Assembly (NCBI GenBank): GCA_965223155.1 | Contig: CBDCVR010000014.1 | Location: forward strand, 224,001-288,000 | Origin: Candidatus Multivoradales bacterium | Lineage (GTDB): Bacteria; Acidobacteriota; Thermoanaerobaculia; Multivoradales; JAHEKO01 | Length of the DNA: 64,000 nt | Reading direction: 5' to 3' | In this document: positions 19,027 to 28,162 of the stretch, in pieces | How positions within the stretch are numbered: the first letter of the stretch is position 1 | How the letters are laid out: each line of letters begins with the position of its first letter | Position numbers and translations under genes: made by a program | Notes under the pieces: model-generated | What the model was told of the DNA's origin: nothing | What the model saw: only the letters and a program-made list of their open reading frames with translations | Database searches by the model: none

Positions 19027-19904
19027 TCGGCTCGCGACTGCGCCGGTCCCTGGCGGCCGCCGCTCTTACGGTAGCCGGAGCCGGAACCTGGGCCTGCGCG
19101 CCCCGCGGCGGCGAAGCGTCGGCGGGCGAGCTTGCGGGCAAGCTGGTCCTGACCGGATCGAGCACGGTGGCGCCGCTCGCCGCCGAGATCGGTAAGCGCT
19201 TCGAGCAGCGCTACCCGGGCACGCGCGTCGAAGTGCAGACCGGGGGATCGTCCCGAGGGATCGCCGACACCAGGAACGGCATCGCGGACTTCGGCATGGC
19301 GTCGCGGGCGCTCGCCGACAGCGAACGCGACCTCGAGGCCTACACCATCGCCCGGGACGGCATCGCGGTCATCGTCCACGCTTCGAACCCCGCCGCAGAA
19401 CTGGACCGGGAACAACTCGCCGCGATCTATCGCGGCTCGATCACCAACTGGTCCACTCTCGGAGGCGCGTCCGAGCCGGTCACGGTCGTCACCAAGGCTT
19501 CGGGTCGCGCGACCCTGGACGTGTTCCTGAGCTACCTCGGGATGACCGAGCCCGAGATCGAGGCCGAGGTCGTGATCGGCGACAACCAGCAGGGCATCAA
19601 GACCGTGGCCGCGGTGCCGGGCGCCATCGGCTACGTCTCGATCGGGGTCTCCGAGGCGGCGATCGCTGCCGGCGAGCCCATCCGCATGCTGGCAACGGGA
19701 CCGGTTTCGCCAACCGCCGCCAACGTCGCCGCGGGCAGCTTTCCCATCACCCGGCCACTCAATTTGCTCCACCGCAACGACGATCCGCTGAGTCCCCTCG
19801 AGCTGGCCTTTCTGGACTTCGCCACCTCGGGGGAGGTCGACGACCTGGTGACCTCCCTGGGCTTCGTACCCCCGATGCCTCCGGCGACTCTGGTGCCTCT
19901 CTGA
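19023..19904 (+). CDS. pstS: Second phosphate-type ABC substrate-binding lipoprotein
   Basis: TGSSTV, GGSSRG, MASR, AIGYVS, FPITRPL; GTG start overlaps the arsR stop. Confidence 0.85.
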   Translation: MIGSRLRRSLAAAALTVAGAGTWACAPRGGEASAGELAGKLVLTGSSTVAPLAAEIGKRFEQRYPGTRVEVQTGGSSRGIADTRNGIADFGMASRALADSERDLEAYTIARDGIAVIVHASNPAAELDREQLAAIYRGSITNWSTLGGASEPVTVVTKASGRATLDVFLSYLGMTEPEIEAEVVIGDNQQGIKTVAAVPGAIGYVSIGVSEAAIAAGEPIRMLATGPVSPTAANVAAGSFPITRPLNLLHRNDDPLSPLELAFLDFATSGEVDDLVTSLGFVPPMPPATLVPL

Positions 19905-19906
19905 GC

Positions 19907-20761
19907 TTGCCGGCACGCGGCGACCGGATTCTGAGCGGGGTCTTGGGCCTCGCGGCGGCGGCGACCGGCTCGATCGTCTGCCTCATCCTGCTCTTTCTGG
20001 CGGCGGGCTCCTGGGATGCGCTGGTGACCGTCGGTCCCTGGCGCTTTCTTGCCGATGACGGCTGGTTCCCCGCCGCCGCCTCGGCACGCTTCGGGCTGGT
20101 CCCGATGCTGGTCGCCACCGCTCTGCTCGCAGTCGGCGCGATCGCGATTGCCGCTCCCGCCGGTGTCGCGGTGGCGGTCTACGGCCACTTCTTGGCGCCG
20201 CGGCCACTCGCCACCGTCATCCGGCGCACCGTCGAGATCCTGGCCGGCGTTCCCTCGGTCGTCTTCGGCTTCTGGGGCCTGGTGACCGTCGTCCCGATCC
20301 TGCAGCGAATTCAGCCGCCGGGACAGAGCCTGGCCGCCGGCGTTCTGATCCTGGCCCTCATGATCCTGCCCACGGTCGCCCTCATGACCGAGGCGGCCTT
20401 CCGAGCGCAGCCTCCGGAGCTGGCCGCGGCCGGGGAGGCCCTGGGCCTCGGCCGGTGGACGCAGATCCGGGGAGTCGCTTTGCCGGTGGCAGTGCCGGGC
20501 ATCGCCAGCGCCCTGCTCCTCGCCACGGCGCGCGCCCTCGGGGAGACCATGGCGGTCCTGATGGTCTGCGGCAACGTCGTCCAGCTCCCCTCGAGCCTCT
20601 TTGATCCCGTCCGGTCGCTCACCGCCAACATCGCGCTCGAGATGGCCTACGCCACCACCCATCATCGCTCGGCTCTGTTCGTCTGCGGACTGGCCTTGCT
20701 GGGCGCGGTGGCGGCACTATTGGCCACCGCCGAACGCTTCGGAGGGACCCGCCACGCCTGA
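19907..20761 (+). CDS. pstC: Second PstC permease
   Basis: EILAGVPSVVFGFWG, RALGETMAVLMV.GN, LTANIALE. Confidence 0.88.
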   Translation: MPARGDRILSGVLGLAAAATGSIVCLILLFLAAGSWDALVTVGPWRFLADDGWFPAAASARFGLVPMLVATALLAVGAIAIAAPAGVAVAVYGHFLAPRPLATVIRRTVEILAGVPSVVFGFWGLVTVVPILQRIQPPGQSLAAGVLILALMILPTVALMTEAAFRAQPPELAAAGEALGLGRWTQIRGVALPVAVPGIASALLLATARALGETMAVLMVCGNVVQLPSSLFDPVRSLTANIALEMAYATTHHRSALFVCGLALLGAVAALLATAERFGGTRHA

Positions 20762-21635
20762 TCGCACCCTGCCCCGCTCGGCTGGCAGAGGCATCGAGCC
20801 CTGGATTGTCGCCGCCCTCGGCGCGGTTGCGTTCCTGGTGGTGGCGACCTTCGGCTGGATCCTCGTGGACTTGATCCTGGCCGGTGCGGCGCAGCTTGAC
20901 TGGAACTACTTGACCGGCGAGCCTCTCGACGCCGGCCGCCGCGGCGGCATCGGTCCGATCATCGTGTCCACCCTGGCGATCCTAGCCGTCTGCCTGGCCG
21001 TCGCCGTCCCGCTCGGCCTGGGCTCGGCGGCTTTCCTGGCCGAGGTGGCGCGCCGCGACGGTTCGCTGGGGCGCTGGATCCGGCGCGCGCTGGACCTATT
21101 GGCCGCCGTTCCCTCGATCGTATTCGGCCTCTTCGGCAGCATCTTCTTCTGCGACTTCCTGGGGCTGGGTTTTTCCATCCTGGCGGGCGGACTGACCCTG
21201 GCCTGCATGGTCCTTCCGATCTTGGTCCGCACCCTGGAGACCGGATTCCGGTCGGCGCCCGACGAGCTGCGCCTCGCGGCGAGCGCCTTGGGGTTGTCAC
21301 GCGCGGCAACGCTCCGGCATCTCCTCATGCCCGCCGCCCGACCGAGCTTGATCGTCGGGCTGGTGTTGGGCATCGGACGGGCCCTGGCCGAGACCGCGGC
21401 TCTTCTCTTTACTAGCGGCTATGTCCCGCGAATGCCGTCCTCGGTCCTCGACTCCGGCCGCTCGCTCTCGGTGCACATCTACGACCTTGCCATGAACGTC
21501 CCGGGGGGCGAGCCCAGGGCCTACGCCGCGGCATTGGTCCTCATCGTCCTGGTGGCGGCCGTCAACTCGCTGGCGTCAGCCCTGACGGTCCGTTGGGTCG
21601 GCTCGAGCCAGAGCCGAGCAGAGGCCGTCAGGTGA
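20754..21635 (+). CDS. pstA: Second PstA permease (start codon uncertain)
   Basis: GGIGPII, LAAVPSIVFGLFG, GRALAETA. The best RBS-positioned codon is ACG at 20754. Confidence 0.82.
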   Translation, partial: TPDRTLPRSAGRGIEPWIVAALGAVAFLVVATFGWILVDLILAGAAQLDWNYLTGEPLDAGRRGGIGPIIVSTLAILAVCLAVAVPLGLGSAAFLAEVARRDGSLGRWIRRALDLLAAVPSIVFGLFGSIFFCDFLGLGFSILAGGLTLACMVLPILVRTLETGFRSAPDELRLAASALGLSRAATLRHLLMPAARPSLIVGLVLGIGRALAETAALLFTSGYVPRMPSSVLDSGRSLSVHIYDLAMNVPGGEPRAYAAALVLIVLVAAVNSLASALTVRWVGSSQSRAEAVR

Positions 21636-22438
21636 CCGGCAGTCCGGCCGAGCCCGGCCGCGACCAGAGCGGCGGCTGCGCCCTAGAGGTCCGCGACCTC
21701 GCGGTCTCTTACGGCGCACAGCGGGCACTCGAGGGCATCGACCTGGACGCTGCGCCGGGCTCGATCACCGCTCTCGTCGGCCCGTCGGGCTGCGGCAAGA
21801 GCTCATTTCTCCAGGCTCTGAATCGACTCACGGATCTCATCCCGGGATGCACGGTCGAGGGCTCGGTGCGCGTCGACGGCACCGAGATCCTGACCGAATC
21901 CTGCGACCTGCGGACCCTGCGCCGCAGGATCGGCATGATCTTCCAGAGGCCCAACCCGTTTCCGCTCTCGATTCGAAAGAACTTCACCCTCCCCTTGCGG
22001 GAGCACGGGGTCCGAGATCCGGTCCAGATCCAGGAGCGCATCCAGGACGCGCTTCGAGCCGTGGGCCTCTGGGATGAGGTCTCGGATCGCCTGGACAGCC
22101 GTGCCGACACCCTCTCGGGAGGCCAGCAGCAGCGTCTGTGCCTGGCCCGGGCGCTGGTGCTGGAACCTGAGATGGTTCTCCTGGACGAGCCCTGCTCGGC
22201 TCTGGATCCGCTCGCGGCCGGCGTCGTCGAGGACCTGATCGCTTCGCTCCGAGGGCGGTACACCGTGGTGATCGTCACCCACAATCTGTCGCAGGCCCGG
22301 CGTCTGGCCGACCGCGCCGCGCTCTTCTGGCTGGTTGAGGGCGCCGGACGCCTGGTGGAAGAACGCGACACCGAAACCTTCTTCAGCCAGCCACGGCACC
22401 GGCTCACCCGGGACTACGTCGCCGGCGTCCGCGGCTGA
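21632..22438 (+). CDS. pstB: PstB ATPase of the second operon
   Basis: GPSGCGKS, IFQRPNPFP, LSGGQQQR, DEPCSALDP; GTG start overlaps the pstA stop. Confidence 0.9.
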   Translation: MTGSPAEPGRDQSGGCALEVRDLAVSYGAQRALEGIDLDAAPGSITALVGPSGCGKSSFLQALNRLTDLIPGCTVEGSVRVDGTEILTESCDLRTLRRRIGMIFQRPNPFPLSIRKNFTLPLREHGVRDPVQIQERIQDALRAVGLWDEVSDRLDSRADTLSGGQQQRLCLARALVLEPEMVLLDEPCSALDPLAAGVVEDLIASLRGRYTVVIVTHNLSQARRLADRAALFWLVEGAGRLVEERDTETFFSQPRHRLTRDYVAGVRG

Positions 22439-22487
22439 GACCGGCGTCCGGAACGTCGAGACCCAGACTCGGCTGTAGACTTCGAAC

Positions 22488-23171
22488 GTGCTGCGACGCT
22501 TTGCCGTGCTGGTGGCGCTGGGCGCCCTTGGACTCCTGACCTGGCAGATCCTGACCTGGCCCGACGTGGCCAAGCTGGCGCGGGAGAATCCCGAAACGAG
22601 CGCCTTCCTTGAGCGGCATCGCCGCGCCTCGGGCTCCGAGCCGGACTGGAAGTGGACGTCCTACGACGCCATCGCCAACCCGCTCAAGCATGCGGTCCTG
22701 GTGGCCGAGGACATCAATTTCTTCAGCCACGACGGCTTCGACCTGGACGAGATGGAAACCGCTGTGCGCCAGGCTCTCGAAGAGGGCAAGTCGCTCCGGG
22801 GTGCCTCGACCATCACCCAGCAGCTCGCCAAGAACCTGTGGCTGTCGCCCTCGCGCAATCCCTGGCGGAAGATCAAGGAAGTCCTGCTGACGCGCCAGCT
22901 CGAGCGGCACCTGCCGAAGCGCCGGATCCTGGAGCTCTATCTCAACCTGGCCCAGTTCGGCCCGGACGTGTTCGGCGCCGAGGCGGCGTCGCGGCGCTTC
23001 TTCAAGCGGCCTGCCTCGCGGCTCTCCGAACACCAGGCCGCGATGCTCGCCGCCGGCCTGTCCCGGCCCAGCCGCTGGAACCCCCCCAGCACGAGCAGCG
23101 GCTACCAGCGCAGGGTCGAGCTCATCCGGCGACGGATGCAGCGCTCCGGCTGGATCCAGGGCGAGCTCTAG
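22488..23171 (+). CDS. mtgA: Monofunctional peptidoglycan transglycosylase
   Basis: AED..F..H.GFD, RGASTITQQLAKNL, RKIKE, KRRILELYLN. Confidence 0.92.
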   Translation: MLRRFAVLVALGALGLLTWQILTWPDVAKLARENPETSAFLERHRRASGSEPDWKWTSYDAIANPLKHAVLVAEDINFFSHDGFDLDEMETAVRQALEEGKSLRGASTITQQLAKNLWLSPSRNPWRKIKEVLLTRQLERHLPKRRILELYLNLAQFGPDVFGAEAASRRFFKRPASRLSEHQAAMLAAGLSRPSRWNPPSTSSGYQRRVELIRRRMQRSGWIQGEL

Positions 23172-23193
23172 GCAGTCTCGGAACCGGGAACGC

Positions 23194-23208
23194 GCAAGCT
23201 GGGAGAAG
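23194..23208 (+). promoter_or_regulatory. Island operator motif, copy 1
   Basis: GCAAGCTGGGAGAAG; TAGCTT 20 bp downstream (23229-23234). Confidence 0.72.
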
Positions 23209-23305
23209 CCCCGCGTCTTGAGCGGCGCTAGCTTCGGTGCAAGCAACAACTCGGTCCTAGCGGGCGGGCCCGCTCGCAGCCCACTGCAACCAGAGGAGCC
23301 ATGTC

Positions 23306-24163
23306 ATGAGGCAACCCAGCGCAGCAATCATCGCCACGGCTATCGCCGGCTTTCTCGTGATCTGCCCGGCCGGCACCACCCAGGCTGCCGAGGACGATCA
23401 TCTCAAGGCAGCAATCGAAGTCATCGACGAGTTCCAGACGCCGGGGCTCGAGGCGGAGCTTTCCGGCATCTATCCGCACCCGACCGACGAGAATCTCTAC
23501 TATGTCGTCGCCAACCTGAAGCCGCCGTATCGATACGGCCAGGAGCCCAAGTTGCCCGAGGAGTACCGGGGTAAGCTGCTGACCGTGGACCGGGATGGCA
23601 CGGTCCTGCGCGCGGTCCCGATCGCCGACGACGACTTCGGCGGGCTGGCCTTCGCCGAGGGGCGCCTCTATGTCGCTCTTACCAACGGCGCCGAGATCCG
23701 GCGGATCGATCCCGAGACCGGCGCCACCGACCAAAGGATTCCGCTACCTTCGCCGGCGGGCGGCCTCGGCTACGACGCCGAGCGCGGCGTGATGATCGCC
23801 CAGCTCTACGTCGGCCACCCGAATCTGGCCGTCATCAACCTCGAGACGGGCTCCGTTGTCGAAACGCTCTGGTCGGACGAGAGTGCCATGGGCCTGGCCA
23901 AGATCGACGGCGACTGGCTCTGCACCTGGGCCAGCGGCTGGGATCCCGGGTCCTTCAGCGAGTTGCGCGTACTGGACCAGTCCACGGGCAAAGTGCGGTC
24001 CCGCGTCAAGCTGGACGGGGTCCACTCCTCGCTCGCGCCCGCCCGGCTGGAATCCGGCCGCGCCGCCTTCATGAGCCTGGTGACGACGGACAGCTATACC
24101 GGTGAGACCGTGATCCGCCGGTACGGCTACGTCGGCGAAACGCGGACGGCGGCACTCAACTAG
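23306..24163 (+). CDS. Secreted hypothetical protein, probable beta-propeller
   Basis: Signal peptide; GLAF/GLGYD/GLA blade-like repeats. Confidence 0.7.
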   Translation: MRQPSAAIIATAIAGFLVICPAGTTQAAEDDHLKAAIEVIDEFQTPGLEAELSGIYPHPTDENLYYVVANLKPPYRYGQEPKLPEEYRGKLLTVDRDGTVLRAVPIADDDFGGLAFAEGRLYVALTNGAEIRRIDPETGATDQRIPLPSPAGGLGYDAERGVMIAQLYVGHPNLAVINLETGSVVETLWSDESAMGLAKIDGDWLCTWASGWDPGSFSELRVLDQSTGKVRSRVKLDGVHSSLAPARLESGRAAFMSLVTTDSYTGETVIRRYGYVGETRTAALN

Positions 24164-24172
24164 CACCGCTCC

Positions 24173-26023
24173 ATGGCGGCCGCCCCGGAACCTCGTCCCG
24201 ACCCTGGGCGCCGGGTGGCTCCGGCCCCGGCCATCGCCCTGGTCGCGCTCCTGGCCGCCGGGCCGGCGGTCACCCCGGCCGGCGCCGCCGAGCCGGCCCA
24301 GGGTGCTCTTCCCGCTCCCGAGCAGGCAGCGGTCGCCGCCCTGAACTTCGCACCGCAGCCCCTCGATCCGGCCTTCAACCGCGCCGAGCTCACGCGCCGC
24401 CTGCGCGAAGCGCACGCCCGTGGCGCCCGCTACCTGGTAACCCCCGAGCTCGGCCTCACCGGCGAGTTCGCCGAGGGGATGACAGCCGAAGCGCTCCGCG
24501 ATCTGGCCGAGCCGATTCCCGGACCGACGACCGAGCATTTCGCGCGACTGGCCCGCGAGCTCGGCGCCTGGATCGGCATCTCGCTACTGGAGACACGGCC
24601 CGACTCTCCCAACTCCTCGGACGTTTACATCACCGCGGTGCTGCTGGACGACTCCGGCCGAACCGCCGCCCTTCATCGCCGGATCATGGTCCGGCCGGAC
24701 GGACCCGAAGGCCTGGTAACGAGAGGGGACTACCGGGCGATTCTGGACACCGTGCCCGACGGCGACCTGCGCCTCGGCATTCTCTCGGGCAGCGACGTGC
24801 AAGTCGGCGTCGCCCGGCTGGCCGACCGCGGAGCGGACCTGATCCTCATCTGCTCGTCCCCGGGAGCCCTCGCCGGCGGTGACGGCCTGGCCCGCCGCTA
24901 CTCGGTCCAGCTTGCCAGCGCCGAGCGGACCGCGCCCGGTACAGGGGTCCGCGCCGGCGGAATCTTCTCCCGCAGCGGCGGCTACCGTCGCCCAAGCGAC
25001 GACGGGCTCGCCCTGGCACCCCTCGACATGGTCCCCCACCGCTGGCGTCCCGCTTCCGCGCTGGGCCTGCCGGCCTCGGTCCCGGTTCCCGCCCACGAGC
25101 CCGCGTCGGCTCTGCTCCGGGAGCTTGGCCGCAGGCTGTTCTTCGACCCCGGCATGTCACGTAGCGGCACGGTCTCGTGCGCGACCTGCCATGAGCCCGA
25201 GCGCGCCTTCACCAACGGTTCGGCCAAGGGCCAGGGAGTCTTCGGGCGGCATACGAAGCGCAACGTGCCGACGCTTCTCAACGTCGCCTTCAAGCCGCTG
25301 CTGCGCTGGGACGGCTACGCCTCCATGCTCGAGAACTTCGCCAAGTACCCCTTGAGCGGATACAACGAAATGAGCTTTCACTATCTGGACGAGGTGGTTG
25401 ACTACGTCAAGTCCCGGCCCGTCTACGTGCGGGCACTGCTCGAGACCATGGACCTGGCTCGAGCCGACGAGATCGAGTTCGAGCACGTCGCCCGCGCTCT
25501 GGCTACCTTCCAGCGCAGCCTCGTTTCCGGCAACTCGGCCTTTGACCGGTACCAGTACGGCGGCGACCACGCGGCCCTGTCGCCCAGCGCCGCGCGCGGA
25601 CTCGCACTCTTCCGCGGCAAGGCCGACTGCGAGCGCTGCCACCAAATCGGTCCGAACTACGCGCTCTTCATGGATCTCGACTACCACTTCCTGGGCATCG
25701 GCTATGAAGAGAGTCCAGGCGCCAGCCCCGACATCGGGCTGGGCTCGATCAGCACCAATGACCTCGCCGGTCTGTTCCAGACCCCATCCCTACGCGACGT
25801 CGCCCGCACGGCGCCGTACATGCACGACGGCAGCATCGGCACACTCGAAGACGTGATCGAGTTCTTCGACCGGGGCGGCACTCCCGCACCCGGCAGGCCG
25901 GTCGAGCTCAAGCCGCTCGGGCTGAGCGCGGCCGAGAAGCGGGATCTCGTGGAGTTCCTTCGCTCGCTCGACGGCGACTGGGACTACGGAGCGTCCGCGG
26001 GATCCCGGACCGCCGCCCGCTAG
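24173..26023 (+). CDS. Fusion of a degenerate carbon-nitrogen hydrolase domain and a diheme cytochrome c peroxidase (MauG/bCcP family)
   Basis: N-terminal LVTPE...AEPIPGPTT...LARELG. C-terminal LGRRLFFDP, SCATCH, RNVPTL, CERCH, FQTPSLRDVARTAPYMHDGS. Confidence 0.85.
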   Translation: MAAAPEPRPDPGRRVAPAPAIALVALLAAGPAVTPAGAAEPAQGALPAPEQAAVAALNFAPQPLDPAFNRAELTRRLREAHARGARYLVTPELGLTGEFAEGMTAEALRDLAEPIPGPTTEHFARLARELGAWIGISLLETRPDSPNSSDVYITAVLLDDSGRTAALHRRIMVRPDGPEGLVTRGDYRAILDTVPDGDLRLGILSGSDVQVGVARLADRGADLILICSSPGALAGGDGLARRYSVQLASAERTAPGTGVRAGGIFSRSGGYRRPSDDGLALAPLDMVPHRWRPASALGLPASVPVPAHEPASALLRELGRRLFFDPGMSRSGTVSCATCHEPERAFTNGSAKGQGVFGRHTKRNVPTLLNVAFKPLLRWDGYASMLENFAKYPLSGYNEMSFHYLDEVVDYVKSRPVYVRALLETMDLARADEIEFEHVARALATFQRSLVSGNSAFDRYQYGGDHAALSPSAARGLALFRGKADCERCHQIGPNYALFMDLDYHFLGIGYEESPGASPDIGLGSISTNDLAGLFQTPSLRDVARTAPYMHDGSIGTLEDVIEFFDRGGTPAPGRPVELKPLGLSAAEKRDLVEFLRSLDGDWDYGASAGSRTAAR

Positions 26024-26085
26024 CCCGGCCATCTCCTGCCGTCCCGCCAGCTCGGGCAGCTCGGCGTGCGCCCCGCTGCGTCCCG

Positions 26086-26125
26086 CCGATTCGATCCGAT
26101 TCGGGCCGATTCGATCCGATTCGGG
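26086..26125. repeat. 10-bp unit CCGATTCG(AT/GG) x4 between convergent genes
   Basis: CCGATTCGAT CCGATTCGGG repeated twice; a related short copy lies at ~6052-6069. Confidence 0.85.
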
Positions 26126-26146
26126 CTCCCTGGAGCCGGGGGCCGT

Positions 26147-26545
26147 CTATCCGACAGGGTCCGTCCGAGAGGTGAAGAGGCCGCGGTAGGCGTCCCGCCA
26201 GTGCCAGAGGAGTGCCAGCTCTAGAACGGCCAGAACCAAAGCGAGTACCAGGCCATTCGGATCCAGCAGCACGTGGTAGAGGACGATGTTGAGAAGAATC
26301 GGCAGCAGCACGAGGAGCGCCACCGGAACCCAGAAACCGGCCAACAACATCAGTCCCGCGACGGCCTCGAGGGTCTTGAGCACCGGGAAGAAGTAGCCGG
26401 TGGCGAAGAGCGCTTCCAGAAACGCCATCCCCTCCGCGCTGGGCTCGCCCATCGGCGGCAGGAAATGCAGGAAGAAGTCGATGCCGAAGACGGTAAAGCC
26501 CAACCCCAGAAGCAGCCGGCAAAGCAAAGCGATCGTGCGATTCAC
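26147..26545 (-). CDS. DoxX-family membrane protein
   Basis: RLLLGL.F..FG, TGYFFP, LE...G.MLL; four TM segments. Confidence 0.8.
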   Translation of the reverse strand: MNRTIALLCRLLLGLGFTVFGIDFFLHFLPPMGEPSAEGMAFLEALFATGYFFPVLKTLEAVAGLMLLAGFWVPVALLVLLPILLNIVLYHVLLDPNGLVLALVLAVLELALLWHWRDAYRGLFTSRTDPVG

Positions 26546-26647
26546 AAGAAACCTCCCCGGGCCGGTGGCGCCCAGTGTCCGGAAGAGCCGAAGCGCCCTT
26601 CAGGTTGTTGCGGTGGCCGCAGCCTAGGCCGGACGCCGATCCGCCCG

Positions 26648-26662
26648 CTTCTCCCAAATTGG
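26648..26662 (-). promoter_or_regulatory. Island operator motif, copy 2
   Basis: CCAATTTGGGAGAAG on the minus strand; TAGGCT 21 bp downstream (26626-26621), ahead of the DoxX gene. Confidence 0.68.
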
Positions 26663-26692
26663 CTCGAAGGCGATCGGCGGTCGGAAGCGCAG

Positions 26693-27538
26693 CTAGTCCC
26701 GGGCCCGAAGGCCCCGTAGCCAGAGGTACGCCAGCTCTTCGTCCCGAAACGCCGCTTCGTAGACGGAGCCGACCTCCAGCCAGCCCGCCACGTCGTCTAC
26801 CGCTTCGTCTCCGTCGCGCCGCCGGTCCAAGCCGGCCAAGACTCCGGCCAAGCGTTCGGAGAACTCGACCGCCACACCGGTCAAGTCCTCGCTCCTGACG
26901 TTCGAGAAACCCGCCTCGGCCAGCAGCTCGAGGTACCGCCGGGCCGGCAGCAAGCTCGCCATCCCGTCGGTCTCCCACGCGTAGCGAAGCATGCGGTCGG
27001 TTGCCGCCTCGCCGGCTGCGATGACGACGATTTCCAGCCGGCCGCCCGGGAGAAGAGCCCGCCACGCGGCGTCCAGAACCGCCTCCGGGTCGGCGGCGAG
27101 CATCAGCGTGTCGATCGATAGCACCACCTGGTACCGGTTCTCGGTCCTGTAGCTCTCCATGTCCCCCAGCTCGAAGCTCAGCCTGCCGCGCGGGGCCTCG
27201 GGGACTCGCTCCCGCATCGCCAGGGCCATCTCGTGCTGGTTCCGGTTGATCTCGACGCCGGTCGCCCGGCAGCCGTAGGTCTCGGCCAGGTAGCGACACG
27301 CCGCGCCGCGGCCGCTACCCAGCTCCAGGACCGAGGTCTGCGGCCCGATCCGAGCCGCCCGGGCAATCCGGTCGAGCAGTCGCCTGCCGCCCATATTGAG
27401 AAACTCCCAGCCCTCGTGGGTTCCCTCGTAGACGCCTTGGCGCCACACCGGCGACGAGGTGTCGTCGTAGACCTCCCGGTTCTTGCGCCGCGTCTCGATG
27501 CGGGCTCGTGGAACGGCGTCGAGCGCGCTCGTCGTCAC
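26693..27538 (-). CDS. Class I SAM-dependent methyltransferase
   Basis: VLELGSGRG, TGVEI, LLPGGRL. Confidence 0.85.
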   Translation of the reverse strand: MTTSALDAVPRARIETRRKNREVYDDTSSPVWRQGVYEGTHEGWEFLNMGGRRLLDRIARAARIGPQTSVLELGSGRGAACRYLAETYGCRATGVEINRNQHEMALAMRERVPEAPRGRLSFELGDMESYRTENRYQVVLSIDTLMLAADPEAVLDAAWRALLPGGRLEIVVIAAGEAATDRMLRYAWETDGMASLLPARRYLELLAEAGFSNVRSEDLTGVAVEFSERLAGVLAGLDRRRDGDEAVDDVAGWLEVGSVYEAAFRDEELAYLWLRGLRARD

Positions 27539-28131
27539 TTCGGAGATTCCGAATCGTAGGCGTGACGCGGCTCCCAGCCGTCGGCGCCGGCGTCGAGCAG
27601 ATCCAGAAGATGCCAGACCCCGCAGAAGTCGTCCCCGGGGCCGAAGCTAGCGCCCCCGACTCGCAGGATCCGTCCATCGTCCCTGGCCAGCGTGGTCACT
27701 CCGGGAAGCGGCGCGCCGTTGTCCTCCTCGAAGCCCAGATCGCGGGTGAAACTGGATCCACGAGCCGAAGCCAGCTCGAAGCCCCAGCCCCGGGACTCGG
27801 CGAAGGCTTCCTGCGCCTCGGCGTCGTCGGGGGAGACCAGGACCACCGCCGAGCGGTTCTCGAGATGCTCCAGCACACCATTGAGGCCGTCCGCCCACAA
27901 GGTGCAATAGGAACAGCCCTTGCCCATGTTGTGAATCACGATCAAGTCCCGCCGCCCACCGAAAAGGTCCGACAAGCGGACCTGCCGCCCGCCCGAACGC
28001 TCCAGCACGTAGTCCTCGATCTCGTAGGGCTCGCGCTCGCGACGGAGCGCGGCTAGCCGCTCCTTGACTTCGACCAGCTCGTCTTCGGCCGCGACGATGT
28101 GTCGTTCCAGATCCTGGTTTCGTTCGCTCAT
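27535..28131 (-). CDS. DUF899-family thioredoxin-like protein
   Basis: VRLSDLFGGRRDLIV.H, CSYC, F..SRGW; start MSERNQD with GGAAG upstream. Confidence 0.8.
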   Translation of the reverse strand: MSERNQDLERHIVAAEDELVEVKERLAALRREREPYEIEDYVLERSGGRQVRLSDLFGGRRDLIVIHNMGKGCSYCTLWADGLNGVLEHLENRSAVVLVSPDDAEAQEAFAESRGWGFELASARGSSFTRDLGFEEDNGAPLPGVTTLARDDGRILRVGGASFGPGDDFCGVWHLLDLLDAGADGWEPRHAYDSESPK

Positions 28132-28162
28132 GTCTTCCTCCGAACTTCGAAGTACCGATTCT

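Noticed and set aside
23172-23305. Mobile-element boundary for the island
   Set aside because: No integrase, transposase, tRNA or att-like repeat is visible, and there is no obvious compositional shift.
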